DNA of 64,000 nucleotides from Candidatus Poribacteria bacterium (GTDB lineage Bacteria; Poribacteria; WGA-4E; WGA-3G): positions 2,368,001-2,432,000 of the forward strand of contig CAXXLX010000001.1 of NCBI GenBank assembly GCA_963665235.2, written 5' to 3'. Positions 1 to 9,781 of the stretch are shown here, one piece after another; the first letter of the stretch is position 1; every line of letters starts with the position of its first letter. The notes under the pieces were generated by a model. The model made no database searches. It was not told the origin of the DNA and worked only from the letters and a program-made list of their open reading frames with translations. A program made the translations under genes and the position numbers.

Positions 1-564
1 AATGCTACGGACGAGGGCTTCAATTTCTAGGTCCTCTTCCTCTGTAGATTCCGGTGTATCGTTGACATCAATGAGTCGGACGCGTGCTATCATGAAGGGT
101 TCGGTCTGGAGTATTTCTTGAATTTGTACTCTCGAACTGCCCTTTGCGACAAATAACACATCTTCAACGTCCTTTTTTGCCTGGAGAATATGAATCAAGC
201 TTCCGATGGGGCTTAATTCCTCAAGCGTCATGTCCTTCATTGCACGTGGGTCTGTGTCCAGGCTGCGGCCGGAGGTCGTTCGGAAAATACAGACTGCCCG
301 TTCGCCATTGAGTATCGCATCGTCTACAGCGTCCATGACCATCTTTCCGGAGAGGGCGACATGGTGTGCTGGAAAAGGCGGATGTGGCGGCATATACGGG
401 AAGATGACCAAATCATCGACCGGTAGGATAGGGAGTTCCTGTGTATTCAGAATTTCTTCTAGAACATCAACCTCGGATTTCCGTTTCCTGCTGCGTCTTC
501 TCGAACGTTTTTTCGGCTCTTCGGGATTTTCAGATTCCTCAGTGTTTTCGTGTTCTTTTTCCAT
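1..564 (-). CDS. lon: Lon protease, N-terminal part (runs off the window start)
   Basis: Manual translation MEKEHENTEE...ELPILPVDDLVIFPYMPP...KGSSRVQIQEILQTEPFMIARV matches the Lon N-domain pattern; AAGGAG RBS at 575-580 (minus strand). Confidence 0.75.
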   Translation of the reverse strand, partial: MEKEHENTEESENPEEPKKRSRRRSRKRKSEVDVLEEILNTQELPILPVDDLVIFPYMPPHPPFPAHHVALSGKMVMDAVDDAILNGERAVCIFRTTSGRSLDTDPRAMKDMTLEELSPIGSLIHILQAKKDVEDVLFVAKGSSRVQIQEILQTEPFMIARVRLIDVNDTPESTEEEDLEIEALVRSI

Positions 565-601
565 GACGATTATGCTCCTTTTTTCTCTAAAGCTACGGTT
601 A

Positions 602-1741
602 TTAATTACTATTTGTGTTGTGAATCCATCCGCGGTTTCCTTCAATGACGACTTTCGTGTTGAGTGCGGCACACCGTTTCTGATATTCCTCTAACGTCTC
701 TATAGCGGTGTATTCCAAGCTTCCCTTTCGGCTAAGCTCGCCTGCCTCTGGGGTTTTAGGCGGTTTCGTGCCATCAGCCAATTTGAGCAGGCGCGGTTGC
801 GGAAAGGGGGCACCCAGTACATCTACTAACACGGGTATTAATTCTATCGATTTGAATTCCTCCGCTACAAAGGTTACCTTAGGAATGACGACTCGCGCAT
901 ATAGCAGTTGATATGTGTCATAGATGAAATCGGCGAGGCTGTAAATAATAGGTTTTCCCTTATAGATTTCTATACCCCCGAGGCTATGAAGCTGTTGACA
1001 TAGGACCAAATCCGCGCCAGCATTAATGAGCGCGTTTGCAAAGATACGTTGCCGCCCGATGCTTCCCTCTCGCACCTTCGAGTCGGAGTCCCTTTTTCCC
1101 CAATGGAGCCAAACGATAACGATTTGTGCCTCTTCATCTACCGCTTTAACGGCACGTATCATCTGACTGTAGTTCGCGGGGGCTACGGTGTCATGCGATA
1201 AGGAATATCCGAATTCATTTTCACGCAGATAGGCGAGCAGTGCGACCTTTTTGTCTTTGACATTAAGCCATGCAGGGGCCCGTGCTGCTTTCGCTGAAAT
1301 GCCTGCACCTATAGTTTTGACGTTATAACGCTCCAATTGGATTAATGTATCTTCTATCGCTTCTAAACCGAAGTCGGTGATATGCGGCGTTGCTAGCGAG
1401 ACAGCGTCAAATCCTGCATTTGCTAGAGCGCGCCCAAGTCCAAGTGTCGCGCGGAAGTACGGCTCTTGCGTTCGACGCGGTTCGCCTCTATCTGAAATGC
1501 TGGTGTTAAGGGACACAGTGGCAACATCAGCGGCTTGAATGAAGGGGGCAGTCCCCTCAAAAAAGACCCCCGCCCCGCGGCTTTCAATTAGCGGAGTCAA
1601 GTTGCTCCCGATAGTGATGTCGCCAACGGCGATAACAGAAATTTCAGTGCTGTCTACCTGCTCCGTTTCCGCGCTAGCGTGGAAAATCGTGCCTTGTATC
1701 AAAAAAAAGCTAGAAATAAGAACGGCTGCTATGCTTCTCAT
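602..1741 (-). CDS. CapA/PgsA-family metallophosphoesterase-like secreted protein, degenerate active site
   Basis: Signal peptide; VGDI, GFDAVSLA..H..DFG, HWG and PIIYSL motifs of the CapA family. Confidence 0.75.
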   Translation of the reverse strand: MRSIAAVLISSFFLIQGTIFHASAETEQVDSTEISVIAVGDITIGSNLTPLIESRGAGVFFEGTAPFIQAADVATVSLNTSISDRGEPRRTQEPYFRATLGLGRALANAGFDAVSLATPHITDFGLEAIEDTLIQLERYNVKTIGAGISAKAARAPAWLNVKDKKVALLAYLRENEFGYSLSHDTVAPANYSQMIRAVKAVDEEAQIVIVWLHWGKRDSDSKVREGSIGRQRIFANALINAGADLVLCQQLHSLGGIEIYKGKPIIYSLADFIYDTYQLLYARVVIPKVTFVAEEFKSIELIPVLVDVLGAPFPQPRLLKLADGTKPPKTPEAGELSRKGSLEYTAIETLEEYQKRCAALNTKVVIEGNRGWIHNTNSN

Positions 1742-2211
1742 AATTCTTCTTTCAGTTGTTTGCCGAACGTTATCAAGAGCTCAGCGAGGGCTTGCCGCTC
1801 AAGCCGGTCCGCATTTAAGGATGCTTTGATCTGTTGCTGCAGTTTATCTATTTGTGCCTGGAAGTCCTCGGCAAACTGATTAATGAACGTTGAGAGTTGC
1901 TCAAGTTCACGTTCCCTGTCGTTGATAAGTTCATCCATTCGGCTATCGACGCGTTGTGTTATCTCGTCTGCGATACGGTTTTCGTAAGATGTTTTAGCGT
2001 CGGCAATCTCTTTCAATATTCTTGTCTCAGCGGTAGCAAGACTTTCTCGGGTTTTCTCTATTTCTACGGTAAGAGTTCGAAGTTTCTCATCGTAGCGGCG
2101 GAGGTCGTCTCCAAAAAGACTGTCTCGGAGATAAGCTTCTAAGTTTTGCGGGGGCGTTGGTTGCGGCTCCCGTGTTTCTTCTATTGTTGATGTTTCACGT
2201 ATGTCCTTCAT
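1738..2211 (-). CDS. Hypothetical coiled-coil protein
   Basis: Start moved to ATG 2211 (MKDIRET); the longer ORF-track N-terminus is a translated 13-bp tandem repeat; 4-bp overlap with the CapA-like gene. Confidence 0.65.
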   Translation of the reverse strand: MKDIRETSTIEETREPQPTPPQNLEAYLRDSLFGDDLRRYDEKLRTLTVEIEKTRESLATAETRILKEIADAKTSYENRIADEITQRVDSRMDELINDRERELEQLSTFINQFAEDFQAQIDKLQQQIKASLNADRLERQALAELLITFGKQLKEEL

Positions 2212-2231
2212 AGAAATCCCCTTCTGTCTTT

Positions 2232-2336
2232 CATAAACGTTGGGCATAAACGTTGGGCATAAACGTTGGGCATAAACGTTGGGCATAAACGTTGGGCATA
2301 AACATTGGGCATAAACGTTGGGCATAAACGTTGGGC
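2232..2336. repeat. 13-bp tandem repeat CATAAACGTTGGG x8
   Basis: Eight copies read directly, one with a G>A variant. Confidence 0.95.
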
Positions 2337-2366
2337 GGCTAAAAGCGTGCCTGCCTGCCGAAATTG

Positions 2367-3422
2367 CTACGGGTAGTTATACAGATTTTCCGGTGTCTCT
2401 CTGTTATTTTGCTCATCTGTCTGCTGCACAGTGATTTCATCTGACGGTTGGCGGCGGTTCGCGTTAAATTCACGGAGGATGCAGTTGACAATTTCTTCAC
2501 TGTAGGCTTCCGCTGAAACTTTCCCTTGGTTTGCCTCCCACGCCATTCGTGCCGCTGCTTCGAAGTACTCGGCATGCTTATAAGCGTCCAGCGGGTCGGT
2601 GCCACGCGAGAAAGTGCCGTGTCCCACCCAGTAAACGATATGCCGCATCGACGCGTTGGCACCGTTCTCGAAAAGCCGCAGGCTCTCATAAGACAACTCC
2701 GGTATACCCGGGGCACGCTCTTCGACGAACCCAATCCCCCCGCAGGCATCGTACATAATCGGGGTCTCCGGTTCATATCCGCGCAGGAAATCATAAAACC
2801 GGTCAGGGTGCCCGTGTTGCGTACGCGAGATGAGGTTCAAAAACTTTGGCTGCAAGTGGACTAATGCCCGGAACCCTTGTGCTTCTAGCTGCTCGAAAAT
2901 CAGCAGATAATGGAACATTTCGCTGGTCGGGACACACGGTTTTGCTGTGCTAGTGCTTTGCAGCTCCGTTTGTGTCTGCGTTCCAAAACGCATGCGATAA
3001 TGTGTTCCATCCGGTTCCACCTCAATAACAGTCAGATTCAGGGCGGGATGTTCTATACCAATCATGTCTAGCCGTGAACCCGATTTGGTCAGAAGCACAT
3101 GCCTGCCCGCTAACCCTTTGACGACAATCTCTGCGGGAAGGGAATATCGCGGGGCATTATCGTAAGTGATGAGGCATGCTGCATCGACCGGTTCCGATAG
3201 TATGACCCCCATATTTCCCGCTGAAGCCCAGAGGTAGTCGTGTGCATGGGCATGCGCGCCTACCCATCCCATTTGCCCGATGCATGTGCCTAACTCACTA
3301 TCAGGCGAAATAGGGGCAAGCCTTGGCTGATATCCTCGCGCACACCACTGCTGGTAACGATAACTCTGCGGCGGTGGCGGCTGCGGATGTATCAAGTACG
3401 GATTGGTTAATGTTAAACCCAC
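2367..3422 (-). CDS. Class II aldolase, rhamnulose-1-phosphate aldolase-like
   Basis: WASAGNMG, LLTKSGS, PTSE, LVH and WVGHGTFSRG..PLDAY..AEYFEAAA motifs resemble RhaD. Confidence 0.65.
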   Translation of the reverse strand: MGLTLTNPYLIHPQPPPPQSYRYQQWCARGYQPRLAPISPDSELGTCIGQMGWVGAHAHAHDYLWASAGNMGVILSEPVDAACLITYDNAPRYSLPAEIVVKGLAGRHVLLTKSGSRLDMIGIEHPALNLTVIEVEPDGTHYRMRFGTQTQTELQSTSTAKPCVPTSEMFHYLLIFEQLEAQGFRALVHLQPKFLNLISRTQHGHPDRFYDFLRGYEPETPIMYDACGGIGFVEERAPGIPELSYESLRLFENGANASMRHIVYWVGHGTFSRGTDPLDAYKHAEYFEAAARMAWEANQGKVSAEAYSEEIVNCILREFNANRRQPSDEITVQQTDEQNNRETPENLYNYP

Positions 3423-3472
3423 TTGTGTCTTTTTTCTCCGTTAAAATATGTCTGCTCTGAATATTCTCTTTA

Positions 3473-3502
3473 AAATATACCATGTTTCATAGATTTTGTC
3501 AA
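3473..3502 (-). promoter_or_regulatory. Sigma70-type promoter of the aldolase-like gene
   Basis: TTGACA-17 nt-TATATT on the minus strand. Confidence 0.6.
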
Positions 3503-3547
3503 GTTAAATCGTCAAAAAGTGCAAACGGGCAATAAATTCGGTGGTTC

Positions 3548-4309
3548 CTAATGCTGGAGCGTCTGTGAGATGAAAAGCTTTGTGCGTTCGTGCTGCGGGT
3601 TGTCAAAGAAATCCGCAGGGGCGGCTTCCTCTACGATTACACCTTCATCAAAAAAAAGGATTCGATCGGCGACTTCACGGGCGAACCCCATCTCATGGGT
3701 GACAACGAGCATGGTCATACCGGAGTGTGCGAGCTCCCGCATGACATCAAGCACTTCCGAAATCATCTCCGGGTCAAGCGCGCTTGTGGGTTCATCGAAG
3801 AGCATAATCTTGGGCTCCATCGCTAAGGCCCTTGCGATTGCAACGCGCTGCTGTTGACCTCCCGATATTTCTGCCGGGTATTTATACGCCTGGTCTGCGA
3901 TATCCACACGTTCTAAAAGTGCCAACGCTGCTTCTTCAGCCTCACTTTTCGACATTTTCCGGACCCGAATGGGCCCTAACGTTATATTCTGAAGGTTGGT
4001 GAGGTGCGGAAATAGGTTGAACTGCTGAAATACCATGCCGACCTCTTGACGGATAAGGTTGATATTACGGAGGTCATCGCTGAGTTCGATGCCATCGATG
4101 ATAATTTTGCCGCGCTGATGCTCCTCCAACCGGTTCAGCGTCCGAATGAATGTAGACTTTCCGGAACCGGAGGGACCACATATCACTGCCCTTTCGCCTT
4201 TTTGGAACGAGGTTGTAATTCCTTTGAGGACGTGGAAATCGTCAAACCATTTGTGTAGGTCCTCGCAGATAATAATTGGTGCGTTTGCTGCGTTTTCGTG
4301 TTCTGCCAT
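3548..4309 (-). CDS. aapP: Amino-acid ABC transporter ATP-binding protein
   Basis: GPSGSGKS Walker [16 protein letters not shown] signature, [13 protein letters not shown]; last gene of an aap/bzt-type cluster. Confidence 0.9.
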   Translation of the reverse strand: MAEHENAANAPIIICEDLHKWFDDFHVLKGITTSFQKGERAVICGPSGSGKSTFIRTLNRLEEHQRGKIIIDGIELSDDLRNINLIRQEVGMVFQQFNLFPHLTNLQNITLGPIRVRKMSKSEAEEAALALLERVDIADQAYKYPAEISGGQQQRVAIARALAMEPKIMLFDEPTSALDPEMISEVLDVMRELAHSGMTMLVVTHEMGFAREVADRILFFDEGVIVEEAAPADFFDNPQHERTKLFISQTLQH

Positions 4310-4367
4310 TTTTTTCTGTCCTTTCTAAGATGTTTCGAAGTTGGTGTGAATTGCGTGGTCAACCCGC

Positions 4368-5618
4368 CTAGTGTTCTCCGACTCCCAATTCTGCTTCAAT
4401 TTTCTGACTGGCGTAAGACATTGCGTAGGTAAAAATAAAATAGATGACTGCAGCAAATAGGTATACTTCAGCCTGAAGTCCCAGCCAGTCTAGGTTTGCG
4501 ACAACACTTTTCGCTATCCCCAGAAGATCGAGTAGGCCGACAATAGTTACGAGGGATGTGTCCTTAAAGAGCGCGATGAATTGCCCGACGATAGCGGGAA
4601 TGACTGCCCGCAGTGCCTGGGGCAAAACGATAAACAGCATCGTCTTTGGATAGGTAAGTCCAATTGCTTGTGCAGCTTCATGTTGCCCCCTCGGAATCGC
4701 TTGGAGGCCGCCACGGACGTTCTCTGCCATGTAGGCTGCTGAAAAAAGCGTTAACCCGACCATAGCGCGTAAAACTTTGTCAAGTTGAAAGTCGCCTGGC
4801 ATAAAAATTGGGAGTAATATGCTTCCCATGAACAGGATAGTGACCAAAGGGACACCGCGAACTGTTTCAATATAGATTATGGAAACCCACCGAATAGCTG
4901 GCAGCTGACTTCGCCGTCCGAGTGCCAAAAGCACACCGAGTGGGAAGCAGGCTAAAATACCGACCGCTGCGAGAATTAATGTGAGAAGCAGCCCCCCCCA
5001 GTTTGTTGTGTGAACGGTGTTCTCGCCGAACCCGCGCAGCATTATCATAGTCCACGGAAAGGAGAGAATCCATCCACCGATGACCCATCGCTTCAATTCA
5101 TTCCTATCGCGTCCGAGAAAGAAGCTAACGCCAAAGAGTACTAAGCCGCCTAATAACCATCCCCTCTTGAAAAAAATGAGGTAGATAATATTGAAGTTAT
5201 ATTCAAGTGTAGCAGATTCAGTTTCACTATTTTTAACAATATCCAAAGGTATAAGGAGTAAAATCAGTCCAAAAATTGCAATAGCAATTGCAATGCGGAG
5301 AACCAAACCTTTCCATACTCCCGTACTCAGCCCTAACAATACAAACAAAGTATAAAGGACTATCCAGATCTGCCATACCTGTTCTATCGGATAAGATCCG
5401 ATCATCAGTATTTGCAAGTTCGCAGGGATAACTTTCCAATCGGCTTGTGTAAGCACCCACGTTAAAACGCCTTTGAAAACAAAGTACAAAAACACAAGGG
5501 CTAAGAGTGTTAAGAGGGTATTATACCAGGTGCTAAACAGGTTCTCCTTAAGCCACCGTATCGGGCTTTTTGAGGCGGATGGGGGTTTAATTTCTGGCGT
5601 AACTTCTGGGTTTTCCAT
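4368..5618 (-). CDS. aapM: Amino-acid ABC transporter permease
   Basis: WLKENLFSTW, WGGLLLTL, AENVRGGLQAIPRGQHEAA; start moved to MENPEV with an AAGGA RBS. Confidence 0.88.
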   Translation of the reverse strand: MENPEVTPEIKPPSASKSPIRWLKENLFSTWYNTLLTLLALVFLYFVFKGVLTWVLTQADWKVIPANLQILMIGSYPIEQVWQIWIVLYTLFVLLGLSTGVWKGLVLRIAIAIAIFGLILLLIPLDIVKNSETESATLEYNFNIIYLIFFKRGWLLGGLVLFGVSFFLGRDRNELKRWVIGGWILSFPWTMIMLRGFGENTVHTTNWGGLLLTLILAAVGILACFPLGVLLALGRRSQLPAIRWVSIIYIETVRGVPLVTILFMGSILLPIFMPGDFQLDKVLRAMVGLTLFSAAYMAENVRGGLQAIPRGQHEAAQAIGLTYPKTMLFIVLPQALRAVIPAIVGQFIALFKDTSLVTIVGLLDLLGIAKSVVANLDWLGLQAEVYLFAAVIYFIFTYAMSYASQKIEAELGVGEH

Positions 5619-5669
5619 GTGCTCATTTTCCTTAATTGGCGATTGGCTATTGCTAACTATTAACCTATT

Positions 5670-6176
5670 GTGATAGCACCCACTACCTAAAGGCAGGGGC
5701 TTTGGCTTCATAGACGTTTGCGTTCTTCCCGAAGGTTGAACGTCCGAGGTCCCACCGAGGACATCCTTTTATATCGTCTCTACCCGTAGGCGATTCCCCG
5801 CAGATGTAACCCCTTTTATAGATGAAACCTCTTTGGGCATATCAGGGCGGAATGTTCCTGTCTATCCCCACCTACCTTTTTTCTCACATCGTCGCATGCT
5901 AGCTCTGATTCCACACGTTTTACAGCCGCCCTTCCTACCAGGCACGCCGACATGACAAGTCCTGAAACTTGGGAGTTCTGAACCCACTACGTTTTATTTT
6001 GAATGGACGCTCTCCATCAACATTGCTGTTGCGCGGTGCGGTTTTTACACCTGTTGACACCGATGGGCAGTCTGTGTTACCCTTGCACATTGTGAAAGTC
6101 GTTTTTCTGATTACACCCTTCGCCGCTTACATCACCAAGCTGAAGCATGGAGAAACTTTAGCGGAAGAGTGGTAAA
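5670..6176 (-). mobile_element. Non-autonomous IS200/IS605-like element without transposase or TnpB
   Basis: Minus-strand 3' end AAGCCCCTGCCTTTAGGTAGTGGGTGCTATCAC resembles the right end of the IS605 at 11063 (AAGCACACGCCTTTAGGCGTTGTGAGTATCAC); other end has a CCATGC-TTCA-GCTTGG hairpin like the IS605 left-end hairpin. Confidence 0.6.
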
Positions 6177-6249
6177 TAACTACTTCGGTGCGAAAGATGA
6201 CGCGGTTAAGGCGAAGTTCTTCGAGCAAAATGCCAAGGCGGCGGATCGG

Positions 6250-6549
6250 TTAGCGATTTAGGTTTGCCCCAGGAAATGGCTCTGTGAATTTCTCGCCACG
6301 TTCTCCAGCAGCCATTCTGCGGTTATTCCATTCAGTTATCTCGCGATAAGCTTGTGCTTTTCCCTCGGCTCTGCCTTGGGCTATCCCCTCGGCTCTGCCT
6401 TGGGCTTTTCCCTCGGCTCTGCCCTCGGCTCTGGCTTGTTCGCTGACTTGTGCCTTAAGTTCTCTTTCCTTTTTCAGCGTATCCCTGATGCGTTGAAACA
6501 TGATGTCGATTGCCTCCTCAAATATCGTCAACATTGTAGCCGCTGACAT
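6250..6549 (-). CDS. Small protein with RAEG repeats (Rpn-tail-like); partial duplicate of the upstream gene
   Basis: Block 6441-6557 matches 6880-6996 with one mismatch; RAEG repeats. Confidence 0.55.
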   Translation of the reverse strand: MSAATMLTIFEEAIDIMFQRIRDTLKKERELKAQVSEQARAEGRAEGKAQGRAEGIAQGRAEGKAQAYREITEWNNRRMAAGERGEKFTEPFPGANLNR

Positions 6550-6580
6550 AATTTGTGAGATATTTATAACAGCCTGTCAG

Positions 6581-7195
6581 TTAGCCGTTTTGTGGCGGTA
6601 TCGGCGGAGGTTCGGTGAATTTTTCGCCGCGTTCTTCGGCAGCCATTCTTCGGGTATTCCATTCAGCTATCTCGCGATAAGTCTCGGCTCTGCCTTGGGT
6701 TATCCCCTCGGCTCTGCCCTCGGCTCTGCCTTGGGTTATCCCCTCGGCTCTGCCTTCGACTATCCCCTCGGCTCTGCCTTGGGTTATTCCTTCGGCTCTG
6801 CCTTCGACTATCCCCTCGGCTCTGCCTTCGACTATCCCCTCGGCTCTGCCTTCGGCTCTACCTTTGGCTTTAGCTTCTGCGCTGACTTGTGCCTTAAGTT
6901 CTCTTTCCTTTTTCAGCGTATCCCTGATGCGTTGAAACATGATGTCGGTTGCCTCCTCAAATATCGTCAACATTGTAGCCGCTGACATAATTTGTGTGAT
7001 GTTTCTTCCAACGCTATAAAGCGCGTCAACAAAACTCTGATTTTTGATTAATATCTCATGGAAGAGTACTACCAAAAGAGAGGACAAGGCAAAGATTGTG
7101 AACGTAATCATCGCGTTCTCAGCATTCCGGACTGTGAATATTGATGACCGTTTAGCTCTGTTTTCCGCTTCCATGTAGACTCCTTTGAGTGTCAT
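6581..7195 (-). CDS. Membrane-anchored protein with an RAEG-repeat C-terminal tail
   Basis: N-terminal hydrophobic segment; about 10 GRAEG-type repeats; YREIAEWN tail. Confidence 0.7.
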   Translation of the reverse strand: MTLKGVYMEAENRAKRSSIFTVRNAENAMITFTIFALSSLLVVLFHEILIKNQSFVDALYSVGRNITQIMSAATMLTIFEEATDIMFQRIRDTLKKERELKAQVSAEAKAKGRAEGRAEGIVEGRAEGIVEGRAEGITQGRAEGIVEGRAEGITQGRAEGRAEGITQGRAETYREIAEWNTRRMAAEERGEKFTEPPPIPPQNG

Positions 7196-7305
7196 TTCAC
7201 TTTTCTGTGATACCCTCTATTCTGAGGCTATCATAATTTTCATTCTGAAAAATTGCTGGGTTAGCGCATTATGCAACCCATTTAATTATACCGTAACCCG
7301 CGCGG

Positions 7306-8487
7306 TCAGCTTGAGCGTCCGATTCGGGTAATTCTGCTGTTGTACCAATTCATGAGTAACGATGTCGTTAGGCTCATAATCAGATAACTTACCATAATCA
7401 TCGCGAAGATGGGAATGGATTGTCCGGTCTGATTCATCATTGTATGTCCTATGCTAAGTAAATCGGGAAATCCGATGGCGATAGCAAGACTGGAGTTCTT
7501 TGCAAGGTTCAGATATTGACTGGTGAGTGGCGGTACAATAATGGGGATGGCTTGCGGTAGAACGATTAAGCGCAACACCTGCGATTCTTGCAGGCCAACC
7601 GCTCTCGCTGCTTCCCGTTGTCCTTTTACCACTGCCTGTATGCCACTTCTGACGACTTCTGCGATAAACGCGCTTGTGTAAACAGCTAGTCCGATTAAAA
7701 GGGCGGAGAATTCAGGTGAAAAATTTATACCCCCCTGGTAGTTGAAACCTTGCAGTGCAGGTATATCTAGGGTAAAAGGTTTGCTCACTATCGTCCCTAA
7801 GACAGCGATTACAAGGAGGGTAGGTAATGCCCATTTCGCGCGAAATCCGGGCTGCCCTAATTTTTCAAGGGTTTGCCACCGCAGGATATAGAGAACCGCC
7901 GCCACTATGAAACCAAAGACGAGGAATCCAAGCCAAATTCCGAGCCCCGGGGCCGGTTCAAGCGAAGGCAGATATAGACCGCGGTTGTTTATGAAAATAG
8001 ATTCGAAAAATGTAATACTCTCCCGAACAATCGGGAGGTTGCGGGTTAGGGCATACCAGAAAAGAATCTGTAGGAGAAGCGGGATGTTTCGGAAACATTC
8101 AACATAAATAGCTGCTATAGTTCGGATGAGCCAATTATTGGAGAGTCGAGCGATTCCGAAAAAGAGCCCTAGAATTGTGGCGAGGACAATGCCGATGATG
8201 CTAACCTTTAGCGTATTTACGATGCCTACCCAGAATGCCTTGAGATAGGTGTCCGAAGCTGTGTAATCAATTCCTTCAGAAATATCGAACCCGGCTTCGT
8301 TTCCTAAGAACGTTAGGTCAAGTTCCAAGTTCTGTTCACTGAGTCCTCTTAACATGTTTGAATAGAGAAACCCTGCCAATAGGACGATTCCAATAAGAAA
8401 AAGTATCTGGAACAGAACGCGCAGAACCCGAACATCTCGCCAGAACGGAATTTTATCCGATACAACCTGCGGTGAATTATTTTCCAT
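7306..8487 (-). CDS. aapQ: Amino-acid ABC transporter permease
   Basis: FL..EAGFDI, GIARLSNNWL, FRNIPLLLQ, AEVVRSGIQAV.KGQ.EAA, KNSSLAIAIG. Confidence 0.9.
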   Translation of the reverse strand: MENNSPQVVSDKIPFWRDVRVLRVLFQILFLIGIVLLAGFLYSNMLRGLSEQNLELDLTFLGNEAGFDISEGIDYTASDTYLKAFWVGIVNTLKVSIIGIVLATILGLFFGIARLSNNWLIRTIAAIYVECFRNIPLLLQILFWYALTRNLPIVRESITFFESIFINNRGLYLPSLEPAPGLGIWLGFLVFGFIVAAVLYILRWQTLEKLGQPGFRAKWALPTLLVIAVLGTIVSKPFTLDIPALQGFNYQGGINFSPEFSALLIGLAVYTSAFIAEVVRSGIQAVVKGQREAARAVGLQESQVLRLIVLPQAIPIIVPPLTSQYLNLAKNSSLAIAIGFPDLLSIGHTMMNQTGQSIPIFAMIMVSYLIMSLTTSLLMNWYNSRITRIGRSS

Positions 8488-8642
8488 TTTTATCTATAAC
8501 GGCAGTGCCTCGCCGCCTCTACTAATAGTTAGTGGCTAACTACTCTCTTTTGCCATGATGAAAGTGGTGAATGTGCGGAACAACTTACTGCGGTGCTACT
8601 TGAATAGGCGCACATCTCGTCTTATGTCCGCGTGCCAGTCAA

Positions 8643-9659
8643 TTAACGAAACGGCATGGCGTAGAGCAAACCACCCTCTGTCCACGGTTTGTTAATCCCG
8701 CGTGGCAAACCGAGCGGGGTGAGGTGCCGTTCAAAAATTTCACCATAGTTGCCGACAGCAGCGATTACCTGTTTTGCCCAATCGCTTGGGAGACCGAGTT
8801 TCGCGCCCATTTCGCCTTTTACCCCTAAAAAGCGTTCGATTTCAGGGTTAGTGGTTTTGAACGTGCTGACATTTGCCTTCGTGATTTTATGCTCTTCGGC
8901 AAAAAATGTAGCGTAAACGACCCAACTCACGGCATCATTCCATTTATTGTCGCCGTGAATAGTGAGGGGCCCCAACGGTTCTTTTGAGATGGTTACATCC
9001 AGGATAATATGGTCATCCGGGACTTTTAAACCGCGACGCCGGGCAACAAGCTGGGATTTATCGCTGGTAACGACATCGCATCGGCCGGCTTCATAGCTGG
9101 CGTAGAGGGTATCAATATCCTCGTAAACAACCGGGCTAAAATCGATACCTAATGAGCGCATGGTATCTGAAAGGTTTAACTCGGTTGTACTACCGGAGGT
9201 GACCCCGATGGTCGCGCCTGCTAGTTCCTTAATAGATGTGATGTTAAGCGATTTCGGGAGCATGAATCCTTGGCCATCGTAAAAGGTTGGCGGTCCGAAG
9301 TCTATGCTCAACTCAGCGTCTCGGCTGAGTGTCCAGGTGGTGTTTCGGATTAAAACATCTATTTCGCCTGTTTGAAGGGCGGTGAAACGTTCGGCGGCAT
9401 TTAAGGGCACGAACTCGACTTTGCCTGGGTCGCCTAGGACAGCAGCGGCAATCGCTCGTCCATAATCTGCGTCAAAGCCGCTCCATTTACCATCTTCACC
9501 GAGGAAACCGAAGCCTGGCAAGCTGCCGTGCACGCCACAGACAACCTTGCCTCTTTTTTTGACCTGATCGAGAATACTCTCCTGCCCGTTAGCAAGCAGC
9601 GGTAATGTGAGTGAAATTGCTAAAACCAATATGGAAATACGGAACCAAAATTTTTTCAC
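8643..9659 (-). CDS. aapJ: Amino-acid ABC transporter substrate-binding protein
   Basis: Signal peptide; RFTALQTGEIDVLIRNTTWTLSRD, ISKEPLGP, VGNYGEIF, GGLLYAMPFR. Confidence 0.92.
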   Translation of the reverse strand: MKKFWFRISILVLAISLTLPLLANGQESILDQVKKRGKVVCGVHGSLPGFGFLGEDGKWSGFDADYGRAIAAAVLGDPGKVEFVPLNAAERFTALQTGEIDVLIRNTTWTLSRDAELSIDFGPPTFYDGQGFMLPKSLNITSIKELAGATIGVTSGSTTELNLSDTMRSLGIDFSPVVYEDIDTLYASYEAGRCDVVTSDKSQLVARRRGLKVPDDHIILDVTISKEPLGPLTIHGDNKWNDAVSWVVYATFFAEEHKITKANVSTFKTTNPEIERFLGVKGEMGAKLGLPSDWAKQVIAAVGNYGEIFERHLTPLGLPRGINKPWTEGGLLYAMPFR

Positions 9660-9781
9660 AAGAATCCTCCTTTATGTCTTTAAACTTAGACGAAGAAAAA
9701 ACGGTTTATTTAGATTGTATCAGAATGTGAGGCTGCTGTCAAGAAAAAACGGACTTTTTCAGTAAGATAGGCCTGCGCGGT

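Noticed and set aside
2232-2336. Possible CRISPR array
   Set aside because: 13-bp units abut with no spacers; no cas genes in the window
5619-5711. N-terminal extension of aapM in the ORF track
   Set aside because: Reads out of the mobile-element end and heptamer repeats; a better RBS precedes ATG 5618
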